Notes under the pieces: generated by a model
The model's input: only the letters and a program-made list of their open reading frames with translations
Told to the model about the DNA's origin: nothing
The model's database searches: none
Part shown: positions 27,496 to 45,700 of the stretch, in pieces
Layout of the letters: the number at the start of each line of letters is the position of its first letter
How positions within the stretch are numbered: the first letter of the stretch is position 1
Program-made: the position numbers and the translations under genes
From: Ptychomitrium polyphyllum
Lineage: Eukaryota
Direction of reading: 5' to 3'
DNA: 64,000 nucleotides
NCBI GenBank assembly: GCA_973851085.1
Contig: OZ316776.1
Location: 11,780,001-11,844,000, forward strand

Positions 27496-30400
27496 AATTC
27501 GTGCAGAACTTGCCGCTCTGCTCTCCACATTGTACGTGCTGCGTACATAACAGACGACCTGACCCCCTGCACTGTCGCACTGTTCGCAAGTTCGCTGTGA
27601 GCGCAGTCGTCAAGAAGTGGCTTAGCGAGGTGCTGCTTCTTTCTAATGCCCAAACCGTTACTCTACTGGGGAGCGGGTTTATCCATTGTTTTTGTAGATT
27701 GTAGAATATAGAGCGCACGTGAGCGGCAGATGAGAGTGGATTTTGTTGGTGCGGTGACGGCTTTCGGGTGCCGTTCCTAAATTCTGGAGTTTCCTTCCGA
27801 ACTTTCGATGTGAGTTTCTGGGTGGACAACTTTGGAAGGTGAGGGTTGCAGGTGAAGCAACCTCACCTTGTAAAGTTTGATATCAGCAATGTATTGGAAA
27901 TGGGGGCATGTGGCAATGAATGCATGAAGATATGAATCTAATTTTGTGATTTTAAGGTATAAATTTTGGTATATTTTAAATGGAATAAAGTTTTAACGAA
28001 ATTATACTTTTTGGAATGAAATTATTCTTTTAAAAGGGAGTGTTAAAAGGGTACGTTAAAGAATGTTAAATGCAAGCGTGCAAAAAGAATTCATGGTGTA
28101 AATAGAATTCAATGCCAAGTATATATTATATGAAAAAGATATATATGAAAAAATAGCTTAATTTTAAAAAGATACATGGATGACATTTGAAATGGTTTGA
28201 GAAGATTATGTTTTATAAAGACTCTATTGATTAGGTATATTTTTATACTTTTTTGTTTTATATTTTTTTGAAACAAAAAATTGATCAATTTTTTTTAATA
28301 CTTTTTAATTTATTTGTTCATCTATTTATGTTATTTTGAAGAATAGAAAAGCTCATTTCAATTTTTAATCTTTTTGAAAAAATATTGATTGAATTTGTAC
28401 ATGATTTTCTTGAGAAAAAACTTATAATACAAAAATGAACAAATATCGTCTTTTATATTATTGTAATGATTTAAATTTTCCTAATTTTTACAAATAATCA
28501 TAACAAAATATTTTAAACAAAGAATTGTTGCCACATTAAATTGCATCATACTTGAATAACTTCATATTGTATTTTTATTTCTACCTCATCAAAATTAATT
28601 CATTAAAGATTTTATAAATTTATTTATTTTTTTAAACATTTCTACAAGTTTGAATCATCAATCAAATGAAGCATTGAAGTTATACAAAATGTAATATAGA
28701 TGGTTACAATATGAAAAATTCACCACTTGCTCCATCTTGTGTTTTGCATTACTTTCTAGAAATTATTGCATGTACCGCATTTATAAAATACTTCTTATTC
28801 TTTGAGATTAAATGTATCATTAAAAACTCAAATTTTTAATGAAATCAATGATTAATGTTGTAGAATAAGAGGTACCGAACTCAAGAAACTAAAAGCAGGT
28901 ACAAATAGTTTTAAAAAGTAGATTATACTTTAGTGAATAATCAATTGAATTCATTTTTAAAAGATCAAAGCAAAGTTACAATGTGAGTTTATTATATGAT
29001 AATTCTATTGACTTTATTAAAAACATAATGATTTAATCAATTGAAACCATGTACTTTTAATTGAAAATATTGATACAAAAATAGTTATTTCAAAAAATAT
29101 GGTTTCTCCTCTTTTTATACATTGTTTACATTATTTAAACTTGGTTCAAAATTAATATATCAAATATGATGATTATCAATTATACTATGAATTATCAAAA
29201 ATAGAAGCAAGTTTTTTTTTTCAGCAAAAGTTTAAATTAAAAAAAAGTAGTAGTTGGAGCATTAGTTCCAACCTCCAAATTTTTTCCAATATTTTTGGAT
29301 TTTACAAAAGATTATACAACTTAATGATTCTGTATCAAATTGAAATACCATATGCAATTAAAAAAAATTTAAAGACATTCTATATTATCACAACATGATA
29401 AAGGTTCAATTTCCATGGATATATTAAAACTATAGAACGTTATAATTCTTTTGTAATCTTGTGATATTCTTTTAGAAAGTATAGCCATTTATTATTGAAA
29501 GCCTATTGAACTTGATGTTTTTGAATAAAAATTCATATTTAAAAAAGATATGAAGTCAAATCTGACATAATGCACCTAAACCTTCTTTACATTGCAGAAA
29601 AACATCTCTACAATTCCATGACACTTTATATTGTTCTAATTTTCCAATTCATCATGAAATTGCATCAATAAATGTAGTGAGCGCATGAATGACTTTTTAA
29701 GAATTGAGATGGTTTTTTAAAGGTTTAGAAAGCCATAGTCTTGACACTTTTCTAAACTTCTGATTGATTGCATCAAGCTTTTTTCAAAAGCACCAAAAAT
29801 ACAAGTATAATTTTATGGTTTAAAACATCTCAAAATGAATTTGAAACTAAACTGATGAATCAATAAATAAATAAATATAAACTGTCATAGAACAAACATA
29901 ATTTTAATGGTACAAAATTCAATAAGTTCAGAGGTGATGATAAAATATTCAATGATTTTTCCAAGTTCCGAGCCGTTTTTGCAAATCCCACAATGAACAT
30001 CAAAACATGGATACTACCATAAAATTTTGAACCAAATATTAGAAATGAAAAGAATTTTACTAAAAAAATTCAAATAAAAAAACCAAACAATTATATTGAC
30101 TATTGCTTACCTCCAAATGTTTACAGATGTGAAATTTTAGTTGCAGCTATTGATGACTACTTCATTCATCCTCACTAGCATCCCTTCTTCATCATGCATG
30201 CTCAACTATATACCTATGCTTAGCTTTACGTTGGGTCTATGCTGAAGGATCCTTAATACATATGAAATAAATTGCTTTGAAGCTAAGTTCTTTTGTCAAC
30301 ATAGCTAATTATATATTTGATTGAATTGCAAAGAAATTCTAGATGCATAGTCATTGAAGTGATACATAAGTTACTTGCACTTTAAAGAATTGAGAAATTA

Positions 30401-31238
30401 TGATTCAATGATAAACACCAATCAGAGCATGAAGCAATGTATGCATGAAGGCATGAGTCTCATTTAGTATACTTAGCACTCAAACTCCCTCAATCTTCAG
30501 TTCAACAAAGGTCCCTTTTTATGATAAAATTGTGCCTTTGCAAGAGGGCGTCCACAAGGGTCACTGAAGAATGTTTAGTGAGTGCATCAATGTTTCACCA
30601 CAAAATTATGTCCACGTGGCAGGTTCACGTGCCAAGACTGCGGCACAACTTAACCGTCACGGTGTAAGTCAAGTTTCAACACACTTGAGCACTCCCCGTG
30701 TCAAAAGTTGTCCCCCTGGTCAACTGAGCAGAAGGTTGATCCCTTTGAACTCTCAATGTACAAAGCTCATTCTCGCGCACAGTAGGTCACACACATTGAA
30801 TAAAATAAAACCTCACCCGAATTTCCAGAAGTAATTCTTACCTTTCTATGTGAAAAAGCCCGCAGAATCAGACGCGTTTGAAATTGCAAGATCCTCTAAA
30901 GTTCAGCATACCTAGGGCAGCATCATGAGCACTGGTTCTTCAAATCCACGAATCAGTCGTATGCACAGTATCGCCGCCTGAGAATGCCTCCCGTTTTCTG
31001 AGTTGTATGTCAACTTCACCTGGAACTAGCCGCGTCGTGCTGTAGGCAACTGATCGAAGTTCCGAGTTCCTATAAACTGCACTTCACAGCTCCACTCTCA
31101 TCATCGATTCAGAAACACTTGCAATCCATGATTCAACACCTGCTCCAGCTCGACGCACGCGGCAACACAAGTGGGTGATCATCGAGTTATCGTTTCCTGC
31201 GCTGAGGAGAGGAGTACAAAGCGACTGGTACCAGAGAG

Positions 31239-32850
31239 ATGGTGTCGTCGAGGACGATGGTGCTCTTCAGTTGGGGAGCTCTGCTGAGTCTAGTCTGCAT
31301 TGTGCAGTTGGCTTCAGCGAAGGAGGCTCTGCCCGAGTGCAGGTTCCCAGCCGTGTATGCATTCGGAGATTCGCTGCTCGACACTGGCAACTCTATCGCT
31401 GCGTTTCCGAATCAGTTCGCGAATGCCGAGATCGACCCGCACGGTGTTGAGTTCCCCATGCACGCTGCGGATCGCTACACTGACGGTAAATTGTTAATAG
31501 ACTTCTTAGCGTTTGGAGTGCGATTGCAGCCGATTTACCCCGTGCTCAGAGGCACAGGGGGCGACTTCACGTTCGGCACCAACTTCGCGGCGTATGGCGG
31601 TTCGGCAAGAAGCGTGAAAGTATGGCACAAGGACGCGGGGTTCAGCACGCCATTCTCGCTGGACGTGCAGCAGCAGTGGTACGAGCGCTACAAAGTGCGC
31701 GTTTGGTTCTACGAGAGCCCCAAATTCAACCGCGATCATCGACTCTCGCAGAGCTTGCCCAAGTTGGCCTCAGTGAATGAGTCGCTGTTTGTGGTATGGT
31801 CTGGATATCAAGACTACTTCTCCAGCCTCTACGACAAGACACTGACTCCCAAACAAACGCTCAAGATTATGCCTGACGTTGTGGAAGCCATAGCAAGTCA
31901 CCTGAAGGTACTGAGCTCTATCTCTCTCTCTCTCTCCCCCTCCCTCCCTCCCTCCCTCCCCCTCGCTCCCTCCCCTCCTATTCGTTACCATCCGACTTGT
32001 CATTTTGAATACTTGAACCCTAAGTTTAACTGGAAATCTTGACTGAAAAAACTGACTTTAGCCGTTGAAAATATTAATTTGGGGCAGAAAATGGTGACAC
32101 CGGTTGCATATACGCCTCCTGGAATGGAGACAATCATCATGCCCACTGCCTCCACCATTCTGGTGGTGAATCTGCAGCCTCTGGGTTGCATCCCTGCCAT
32201 GCTTACCCTCTACGGTGGGCCCAACGCCAAGTACGACAGTGATGGCTGCTTGAGCGACCTCAACAAGGTTACAGAGGAGCACAACAAGCTGCTCGCCGAG
32301 AAGGTGGATGATTTGCGGGCCAAGCACCCTGCAGTCAAGCTGCTCTATGGCGACGCTCACAGTGTGTACACCGACATCCTCAAGGACCCCAAGAAATACA
32401 GTACGTCTTCATGGCACCCTGTAATACTCATATGTTTCAGAGTAAAAATTACATTGTAGATTGGTTTGTAAAATAGGATGTTTCTCTAAAGGTTGGACGA
32501 TCAATACTGTTAGTTGAAGTTTAATGGAGCTTGGTTCACTAATTTGAAGTGGTCTGGGTGTTGCAGATGTGACATCACCATTGAAGGCGTGCTGCGGGGT
32601 AGGAGGAGCCTACAACTTCAACAAAGAAGTGACTTGCGGTCACACAGGCATGTTCGAGAACAAATTCGTAAACTTGACCATGGGGCCGCCGTGCCCAAAT
32701 CCAGCAGCGCACATCAGCTGGGATGGCATCCACACTTCCAACACCTTCAACAAAGCCGCTGTCACGGCTTTCTTGATGGGCAAGCACATCACCCCAAAAG
32801 GTGGCCTCAACTGCTCCCCCGACTTTTCGCACTGGGATATACGCTCTTAG
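31239..32850 (+). CDS. Secreted GDSL esterase/lipase; exons 31239-31907, 32088-32400, 32567-32850
   Basis: Signal peptide, FGDSLLDTGN, DRYTDGKLLIDF, GTNFAAYG, PLGCIP, ACCG and WDGIH (DxxH). Junctions in frame. Confidence 0.93.
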
Positions 32851-33099
32851 TACAATATTATTTCGGAGTCTCAGAGTACACTCACTCAGGTGTAGTTCAG
32901 ATAGTTGTCAGCATGCAAGTGTACATTCATTTAAAACATTTACTGATGAAATTGGCAGTGTTCCCATCAAAGTATACAATGCAACTATGATTCGGAATGA
33001 AAATCATCAATTTATTAAAGTTAATCATCGTTCACCTACAAATCATTGGTATCATTCCGTTGTCGATGTTCAAGGAAAAACGTTATTTTGCAGTGACAA

Positions 33100-34470
33100 A
33101 TTATGTACAATTCACCTATGTTCCATTCTTCAAAGACAGTCCATCGCCAGCAAGTTAAGATGGAGAAGGCCAGCACACATGCTAGTGCTCATTTAAAATT
33201 TACATAATTTCTACCAACTGAATCCACACCTGTCCAATAACAACGATGATTTGCAAAAACTATTCCACATTGCCGTGGTGCGCGAATATACTCACCATCT
33301 AATGATAGAAGAATTTGCTAAAATCTGCATCAGGTCAGAAGACATCGATGGACGATTTTTGACGAATATAAAGGGTCATTCACGTCCGAGTGCGGGAATT
33401 CAAAAAGTTGGCAACATCCTCGCTTCATACTCGGGTCAAGTAGTACTCTCCACGATCATCTGCCATACAAATGCGATTGAGGGTTGTCAAGGACAGTGGT
33501 GGAATTACGATGCTCTCACCTCTAGGTGCGGAAGCTGAAAATCCTAAATTTGGATATCACTGTCTTTAAGTTGGAAATATACTTCAGGTTATAAAAGCAG
33601 ATGATGAGGACTTCAAGTACCTGGTTCCGCACTTGCTACCTGCCATCGTTGTTCAGTCCAGTGCAGTCCGCAACAGGGCATTGCAAGCATCCCCTTTACT
33701 GCTTCTGTACTGGTATTCATTTGTAAATGATTATCTCTCTTCTCTAGCATCTTGTTGCCATTTGGTGAATTTTGCCATGTTAGAAACAGGGAACATTTTG
33801 TCTTGCAGAATCACCTCCCTAATTGGATACCTCAAACGGTGGACAAGTGCCAATAACATAAGAACTTTTTTATTCAATTGTAGACTTGCGTTAGCCCACT
33901 TCCTGTACTTTCTCTGCCGTTACGAAGGATCCAGTTCAGGAGACGCTCAGCTTCGTGGGACACAACATCGAGGTACTTCACAAGCAACTGACACTGTTGG
34001 ATTGAAACAAGCTGGAAGATACATGTAATTTCGAATCATCAATGCTTACCGACCATAACCATCAAACCCTCTTTGGTTGATGTGTAGTACTTTACTCTTA
34101 TCGTGATAACTGGTTCTACTCTATCTTTTGTTTAGTGGAAAGTAATACAAGTCATTATCATTGATGGGATGTTTATGTTGATTACTATAATGGGGTAGGG
34201 ATATGTATCAACTCCTTCCCTTCAAGACATCCATATTCAACTTGCTGGGGTATTCCGGGTTAATCTTGCCAGCCATTACCACCACCTTCTCCTTTGTGAA
34301 CGTTAACAGCAGGGTTGCAACTAGGATTGACCAGCCTTTACTTTGGGTAGTTAGTGTAAGTCACCTTCTGAGGGGCTGGTGATGGAGGACAAGGATCCAA
34401 GCGTTGGCTTTAAAGGCCTAACCAGCACACCAGAAGTAAACCCGAGCTTCCTTTAGCTAGCATGTTTCTC
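33100..34470 (-). pseudogene. Possible decayed gene of unknown family
   Basis: Protein-like frames interrupted by scattered stops, with plausible short GT-AG introns (~33231-33295 and ~33536-33620). No family recognised. Confidence 0.25.
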
Positions 34471-35712
34471 GTCAATCGTCCTCTTCATAAGACCAACATG
34501 TGAACGTCCATCATCCGCACCTCTTCCAAACACTTTCTCTCGTTGAAGCCAGCACTGCGTCGTCAATATTTCGCAATACACAACTTCGAACAATCATACT
34601 ATTGCACACAATAAATGAGCATGCAATCGGGGTTAACTTGCACTGTAAAAGGCAGGTATTGATAAGTTGAGCTCTTTGCAAGCAAAGTTGAGTTGCCTTC
34701 GCCCACACCGTTAAGGTAGATGGCTAAAAAACTGCCACTCGGATCAGAATGTTAGAAGATGACTTACCACTTGTCTTGACCAGTATTCCCTTGTGGGGTT
34801 CCTGATGTAATCATGCTCTGGAGTCTCAATCAGGCTCATGACACTGCATCCAAGTCGAATTGGGTCAGAAATTGTCCCTGATTGTTGGCATAGAGGCCTC
34901 GTTCTTGACTGAAACTGAGTCTTCATATTACCTATTCTGGGTTGTGATGGAAGTTAGCATTCCTTTCTTGACAAGCACTTCCAGAATATTTTTAAATAGG
35001 AAGATTCTAGTTGTAAAGGACCTAGAGAAACGGAAAAAATTCTGTTGAAAGTCGTGGTTAACGGGGGCCTTCAAAGAAGGTCAGGGCAACCTCAAACAAT
35101 GATCACTACTACCTCGGGCTTCTCTGCTTGGCAAATGCTCATCGCTGGATCCCTGCTGGCTCTCAGGTACAGAAAGAATCTGAACGTTGAGGGTGTCCTG
35201 AACAATTGAACATCTGGATCCCTGAGGTTTCTATATCATCGTTCAACCAGTGCAATCAAGACCAAAATTTCCAAGCCTCTTTTATAAAATTGCTCAAAAC
35301 GAACAACAGCAAGGACATAACCCTTGGAGATGCTACCTTCAGAATAGCACTACCAAAAATTAGGCAAAACTTCTGAACATACGTAGCAACCTCAGGATCC
35401 TGCCCATCACAAGGAAGTAGCAGACTAAGACACCGGAAAACTATAGCCCATAACTTACGTACTCCCCAAAATAAGTCAGATCAACTAGAGACAACAACCT
35501 GCTTTGCACAAAGCTGGTTCACCAGTCAAACAAGTTAAAGCCATGGCATAATCGGTATATTAGCCCACAATGGAGTACTTTTGCTGTTGCACCAGAGTTG
35601 GAACACCATTTCCACCTGCTAGTCACAGAGCAGTCCCAGAGCTCTCTACACCAACAGAACCCACAGCCTAAAGTGACTCATGCAGGCAGGGTTCTGTGCG
35701 TAGAATGTTGTT

Positions 35713-39490
<3,778 letters not shown>

Positions 39491-39603
39491 TTAGCGGAGC
39501 TGTCAAGAACTGAGGTGCAAAGCTGCCGAAAGGCTTTTTCAGGTTTTCGAAGGCGAATGGATGAATACGTCTTCCGCCGAAGGTAGAAAGGCCGTAAGCT
39601 CTA

Positions 39604-39635
39604 AGTTTTAAAGTTTTTTTAATTTTTATGGTTTT
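39604..39635 (-). promoter_or_regulatory. A-rich tract in the PABP 5' leader (candidate autoregulatory element)
   Basis: Minus strand reads TAAAACCATAAAAATTAAAAAAACTTTAAAAC within a GC-richer leader, ~150 nt upstream of the ATG. Confidence 0.5.
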
Positions 39636-42600
39636 AGACCCTGCTGAATAGTGTTCCAGGGAACAAGAACGGTGACGAAATAATATCGCACCAAGTCTTA
39701 TCTCCCTCCCCCCCGGTTGGAATCTCTGCTGCTCCACGCACACCACCACAAACAGAAACAGCGGCTGAACAAGACCACCCCCGCACGCACAAACAAACAA
39801 ATAAACCAGACACTCGTCAGTCGACGGGCGCAAAACGCAAAAACTCACTCTCTCACTCCAACGAACCGTAGAACCTCGCGAAATAAATTCAAAACCAAAC
39901 ACGATAATACAAACATACACTTCTCACCCTCACACAACCGACCGACAGAAAAGGAAGGGAACCTCCAAACCCTAACTCAATCCAAACCTCCAATACAAGA
40001 TCGCTACAGAACCCTACCGAATCACCACCACTCACTTACTCACTCACTCACTCACTCACGCACCCACTCACTCACTCACCACAACACAGAGAGGGCTCTA
40101 ACTCACCAGCTGCACGAAGCGACGACGGACGCCTCGAACGCGATAGGTGTAGCACGGTGGTTGATAATGTCGTGTTTTTTCCGCCACTCGCTTGTCACTG
40201 CACAGCGTGTGCGGCGACACTGGTAGACGTGATGAATAATTGATGCTTCGAAGAATTGAATGAGGAGAACTTAGCCGTGAGCGTGGCCGAGCCTCATCAT
40301 CGCCCGTGCGAATACATGAGTGCCGAACAGGCAAGGCCTCGGCCAGCGCCTGCTGCAACACCAACAATCACTCGACGTCAACGAGAGGCGAACGGGGGGG
40401 ATGCGCGACGGAAAGAGAGCAGCGGCGCAACCCCAGCAACAAACAATACCCCCCTCCCCCGCCCTCAAGCGCTAGGGCTCCCGCCTCCCACCTGGTACCT
40501 CACACCTTACCCCGATAACCCCCCATACCCGCCTCCTTACTCCTCCAAACCCGCCCACACACCTTCTACATCCCGCCTCCCGACTATGTAGATATCGCGG
40601 TGTCTGGAGTGTACTCTAGAGAGTACCCTCAGGGTATCACCGTCACACCTGCCTGCTTCCCCGCACGGACTCCAGGAGTGATCCTCGCCAATGGGCGCGG
40701 ACTGTGTGGCCAACGAGCGGGAGTTGCGAGGTGGTGTTAGAGAGGAGATCGAAGTGTGCGATTGCGTTTCACCGTGGGGCTTCAGAGGCTCAGCGCGGAT
40801 GCATGTTGGTTGGCTGCCAGTGGGAAGGCGGTCCAGTGAACAGGATTCCACCCTAAGTCTTTCACTTACGAGTCCACCAAACTTACTTGGTGCCGTTGTT
40901 TCGCCTCCAGTTCGTGATTGGAACCAAGCATTTCGGTTGTGGGTAGTAGGTTTTTGTGTAGGTGCCTGATTGTGTCGTGTCTAGAGTGGCTCTTGGATTA
41001 CGGCAGGAACTTGAACTTTGACTTGCTCCGCAAGCACTCGCTTCCGAACTGTTCCGTTGATGGCGTAGTTTGGTTTACCTTGGTTGACGATGATGTCCGT
41101 GTGGACGGGGACCCGATGGTCCATTTTGAATGGGAATCCAGGAATAAGGGAATGGTCCTTGGCAGGACGTGGGACTGACGCAGGGTTGGTGCTTCGGTGT
41201 CCCTGTTGGGAACCCTAATTAATAGTACAGGCTACCGAATGCGGTGTGCACCGAGCTGGAAATGAATACATCACACGGTCATTATGGAACATGATGGAGA
41301 ACACTGTGTTTTGATTGTTTTAACAACTACTCTTGGTCATGACATTATGCGATGTCTTGATTATCATAGCAGCAAGTTGAAAAGCTTTGATGTGCAGGGT
41401 CTGGCAGGCTCGAAGTAAGAAGACAGAACTGAAAAGGTAGATTGTAGTTTACTTCTCTCTCGTGTACGCGACGAATATATCCAAAATGGTATTTAGTGCC
41501 ATAATGACTTGAAAGTCATGATTTCTCGATGACACTATTTACTCGTTTTCATGAGATGCCATAATGGCCATGATTTTTAATACTGGCAACACTACAAACG
41601 TGGTTTACATGTTTGAAATTGAATTAAATCATGATTTCACAATTGATAATACCATTTTAATGTACAATTTATTGACTCCCATAAATAACAATCAATTATG
41701 CAAAATCAATTCAATGAAACCTTGGTTCAAGTTTTAGCAAGGAAAGTTCAATTTGAAATAAATATGGAATTGTAGATACAATAGTTATTGTTGGATTTTC
41801 ATTGGTTCATAGGATAATTAGATAGAAATTTTATTTTTAATTCATATAAGGTGTAGAACTCAACTTTTAACATATGTGTAATTTATTTATTTTTATTATA
41901 TATTTTTTTTATTATAGGTCCGATAGATTTTTGTATAAAATACATAAAACCTCCATTTGATGGCTAATTCATATTATGCTTTAAGAAGTTCTTTAATGCA
42001 AAAATAGATTTTAAAAAGTTTTCAAAATCAACTAACAATTTTATTCTCTATTAACAAATAATTATGTCAATTTGAAATTTTGTTTTAAAGTGATTTTGTA
42101 TGTTATTTATTTAAAACGTATGTAAATTATATGATAATGTATTAAAAAAAGTTTTAAATTAAACTCTTTCAAATAGAACCATAGTTCTTTTTCTTCCTTA
42201 ATATATTGAAAGTTATCATTCTTAATTGAAAACCATTGTAACATTCTAATATTAAAAATTAACATTTTAACATTTTAATTTTTTATATACTTGTATAACC
42301 TAATTTATAATACCTAATTTATAATATTAATAGATGAATACAATGGTTTTGTATACATCTTTTTAATATAATAAAAATAATTTCAATAGAATCTAAAACC
42401 TTAAAAATATCATAGTATTAAAACCTCAAATATTTTTCCATATCAAAAAAATAGACAACAATTCTAATAAAAATTCAATTTTTTTGGAATTGATGGTTTT
42501 CATTTGTTTGAAACCTTGTAGCATGTTATCATTTTATTTTTTTAAACTAAAAGCTAAATCTTGTCAATTACATTAAGATATACATTTTAAAATTGTAATC

Positions 42601-42782
42601 TCGATGGTTTCAAATTCTTTGAACAAATTATGGAAAAAAAGCCAATATCTTTAATTAATGTTTGAACTCACACATCTATCTAAATCCACTGGTTTTTAAT
42701 TGTTTAACATTGTTGAAGTTTGATTTTACATTTTTTATAACACATTATTATCAATATAAGTCATCTTGATTTGAATGGCACA

Positions 42783-45700
42783 ATGAAACACAAAGAAGCT
42801 TCATTAGACAAAATGAACATCAAAGAAAGTGATACAATGACAAGTGATGAAAACATCAATAAAGATTTATTAAATGTAGGTATACGTTAAATAAATGTTA
42901 TATATATTATAGATTATAATTCATCAATAATATATATTAATACAAATAGTTATAAAAATAATTTAAGCTACCAATTATGCCTAAAGAATAAACCACAATG
43001 TAGTATTTAATATTGAATACAATATTATTATTATAACTTGGAATTAAATATTGTAATTAGATCAAATCATAATACAAATGCTTGAAAATTTTTATTGTAA
43101 GAAAATTACATAATTTTGAAATTCAAATTAAAAATACTACATTGTAAAAATATAATATGTTAAATTATCATTACTTTAAAATTTAAAATTTTTATTAGAA
43201 AAATTCAAACTATAATAATAAAGTACAAAATGTACTGTATGTAACTTGAAATTGATATATTCATCCTTCATGAACAGCAACAACCAAATTATTGGAAAAT
43301 TGAAAGGACTCGATTGAAAGATCTCATAAAATCATTGAAATCAAATTTAAATGAAAAATCAATATCTTTGGCTACCATTCAAGCTTCATTAGCTGATATA
43401 TTAGTAACCAAGGTAAAATATTAATTAAATTAAAGAATACCATTTTATTATATATCTCTATAAAATAGAGAAATTTATATGTCTATAAAGGCTTGAATTC
43501 TTTTAGCTTTATAATTTTATTTGTGAATATACATTTGACAAATTAACATTGTATAATAGAGTATGTTTTATCTTATTTTAATTTATCTTTGTGACATTAA
43601 TATAATTGAAATTGGATGTTTGATAATAATAGAGTGGAGAAGAAAAATCAACAAAAGCAAAGCAAATTCACAAATTGGCTATAGACCTAAAAGAACGTCT
43701 CATCTTTTGGTTTGTATTTTTGATTAAATTATAATATAATAAGATAACGTTTCAAATAAACTATTTTAAAATAATTTTAAAATAAAATGAAAAAAAAATA
43801 CATAAATAAATATATGGTATTGATCCTTTATTATTTGTTGTAGTGAAAACCGATTGAAGGAACTTCAAGAAGAACGCGATAACTATGTTTTTGAAATTGT
43901 GGTGGGTGCATTGTATTTTAATAAGTTATGAGTTAATTTACATATTCATATAGTTTATTGATGCCATTTTGCATAATAATTTGGTGTTGCAATATAAAAT
44001 AGAAGTCTATTGTATTGTTACATAATAACTTTAATTGTGTTTTTATTTTTTAAAGCGTATTTATCATGTATTCAATTTCTTTTACATAGTTTTGTTTGGA
44101 ACGTAATTATTTAACATGAAAAATTTATATCAAATTAAATGAAATACTATAAATACCAATTGTTGCCAGGTTTTAGAAAGAAAGATAGCATCATGTACAT
44201 TGGTTGCAGAGGAACAAGCAAATTTCATTCAAAATCAATTGGACACTATTCAGAAACTAGAAGCAAGGTAAGCTATCAATATTTTTCATGTTCTATATTA
44301 TTTCCGAAAACATGCATTTTAAAGCGCATTCTCAACATTCTGAAAATACACAAAATTCAAAAACAGATCTGAAGATCTTCAAAAACATCTACATAAAGTT
44401 GAAAATAGCAACAACAAAGAGGTTAGCAGTGTAATATTTATATCAATCAATTTACGAGTGTAAGTTCTGTGCAAAAGATGATGAATGTACATATTACGTC
44501 GATAAGTTGAATGCCCTGTCATCATCACGGAAGGAACTTAGCTAAATAATATTATCACTATCACTGATACTGGTTGAAGTATTTTGGTTCATTTGTAATC
44601 AAGCATTACGTTTTTTCATTTTCATAAAGTATAATGTCCAGGATAATCGGAGCATCGTTATGCATGCTCAAAGCTTGATAGTTTACTTCTTTGTGGTATC
44701 GTTATTTAGGAACAAGCAAGGTTACAAGAACAGATAGAGCTTCACCAACAACGAGCTAGTATTCAGGTTTCGAATTAATAAAAACAAGATGTAGGTCTTA
44801 TTATTTTAAAACACTGTATAGTAAAGGTACCATAGATGGTAACTAGTTTAACTGAGATCTTAAACATATCAACAACAATGATGCGCTACGTTGTGATATG
44901 TAATCCACTGTAATTTATCAAATATGCAACAGGATAAAAAAATTAAAAAATTACAGCATGATTATGAAGCTTTACAATTACAAAATTACAAGGTGGATAT
45001 GTAATTTATATAAATCATTTTACTGTTGAATATATTCATGAGTTTGGTGATTATGTATATGAATACCATAATCTACAAGTGAAACAGTGATGTGATAGTT
45101 ATGTTTAAAATTCTAAAACTCATATACAAATAAATTACAACTGTTCTTGATATAAATGATATGAGTTGTACATTGCAAAGCCAGTTTGAGACCAAGGAAT
45201 CCATTTTGGAAGAACAACTTGAAACTCAGGTAGCATGATATTTGCATACAATAAAATGATACAAGTATTAGTCGTCAATTTTTTTTAATGGATTCATCAA
45301 TGAATTGAATGAATTGAATGACTTGTAATATGAAAAGTTCATAATTCATGAAATTTCAGTTTAGAAAAATGAATAAAGTATGGCAAATACAAACCGTTGA
45401 TGGAGTCAAGGATGGTTATAACATAAGCTTTTTTTCAATCCGTTTTAAAAGCATCTGATTCGGAAATTCACAAAGTTATATGTTTTGATATGAAATTAAA
45501 GCTTGCATGAATACTGATAAAAATTTATAAACTGAAAAAAGTTGTTACTGATTAATGATATTTACTAAAGGTATTATTTTAGAGGTGATTTTTTTAAAAT
45601 TATACTAAGAAAGTAAAATATTTAATTGTGCTACCTTCTTTTTAGTTTATAATTAAATAAGATAATATTTATCATTAATCAATAATAACTTATTTAGATT

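Noticed and set aside
26448..27704. Long plus-strand ORFs overlapping the SDR
   Set aside because: They are antisense shadows of a GC-rich CDS plus translation of the minisatellite.
41590..41600. CACTACAA, resembling a CACTA terminus
   Set aside because: No matching inverted terminus with a 3-bp TSD; the nearest TTGTAGTG is a splice acceptor of the coiled-coil gene.
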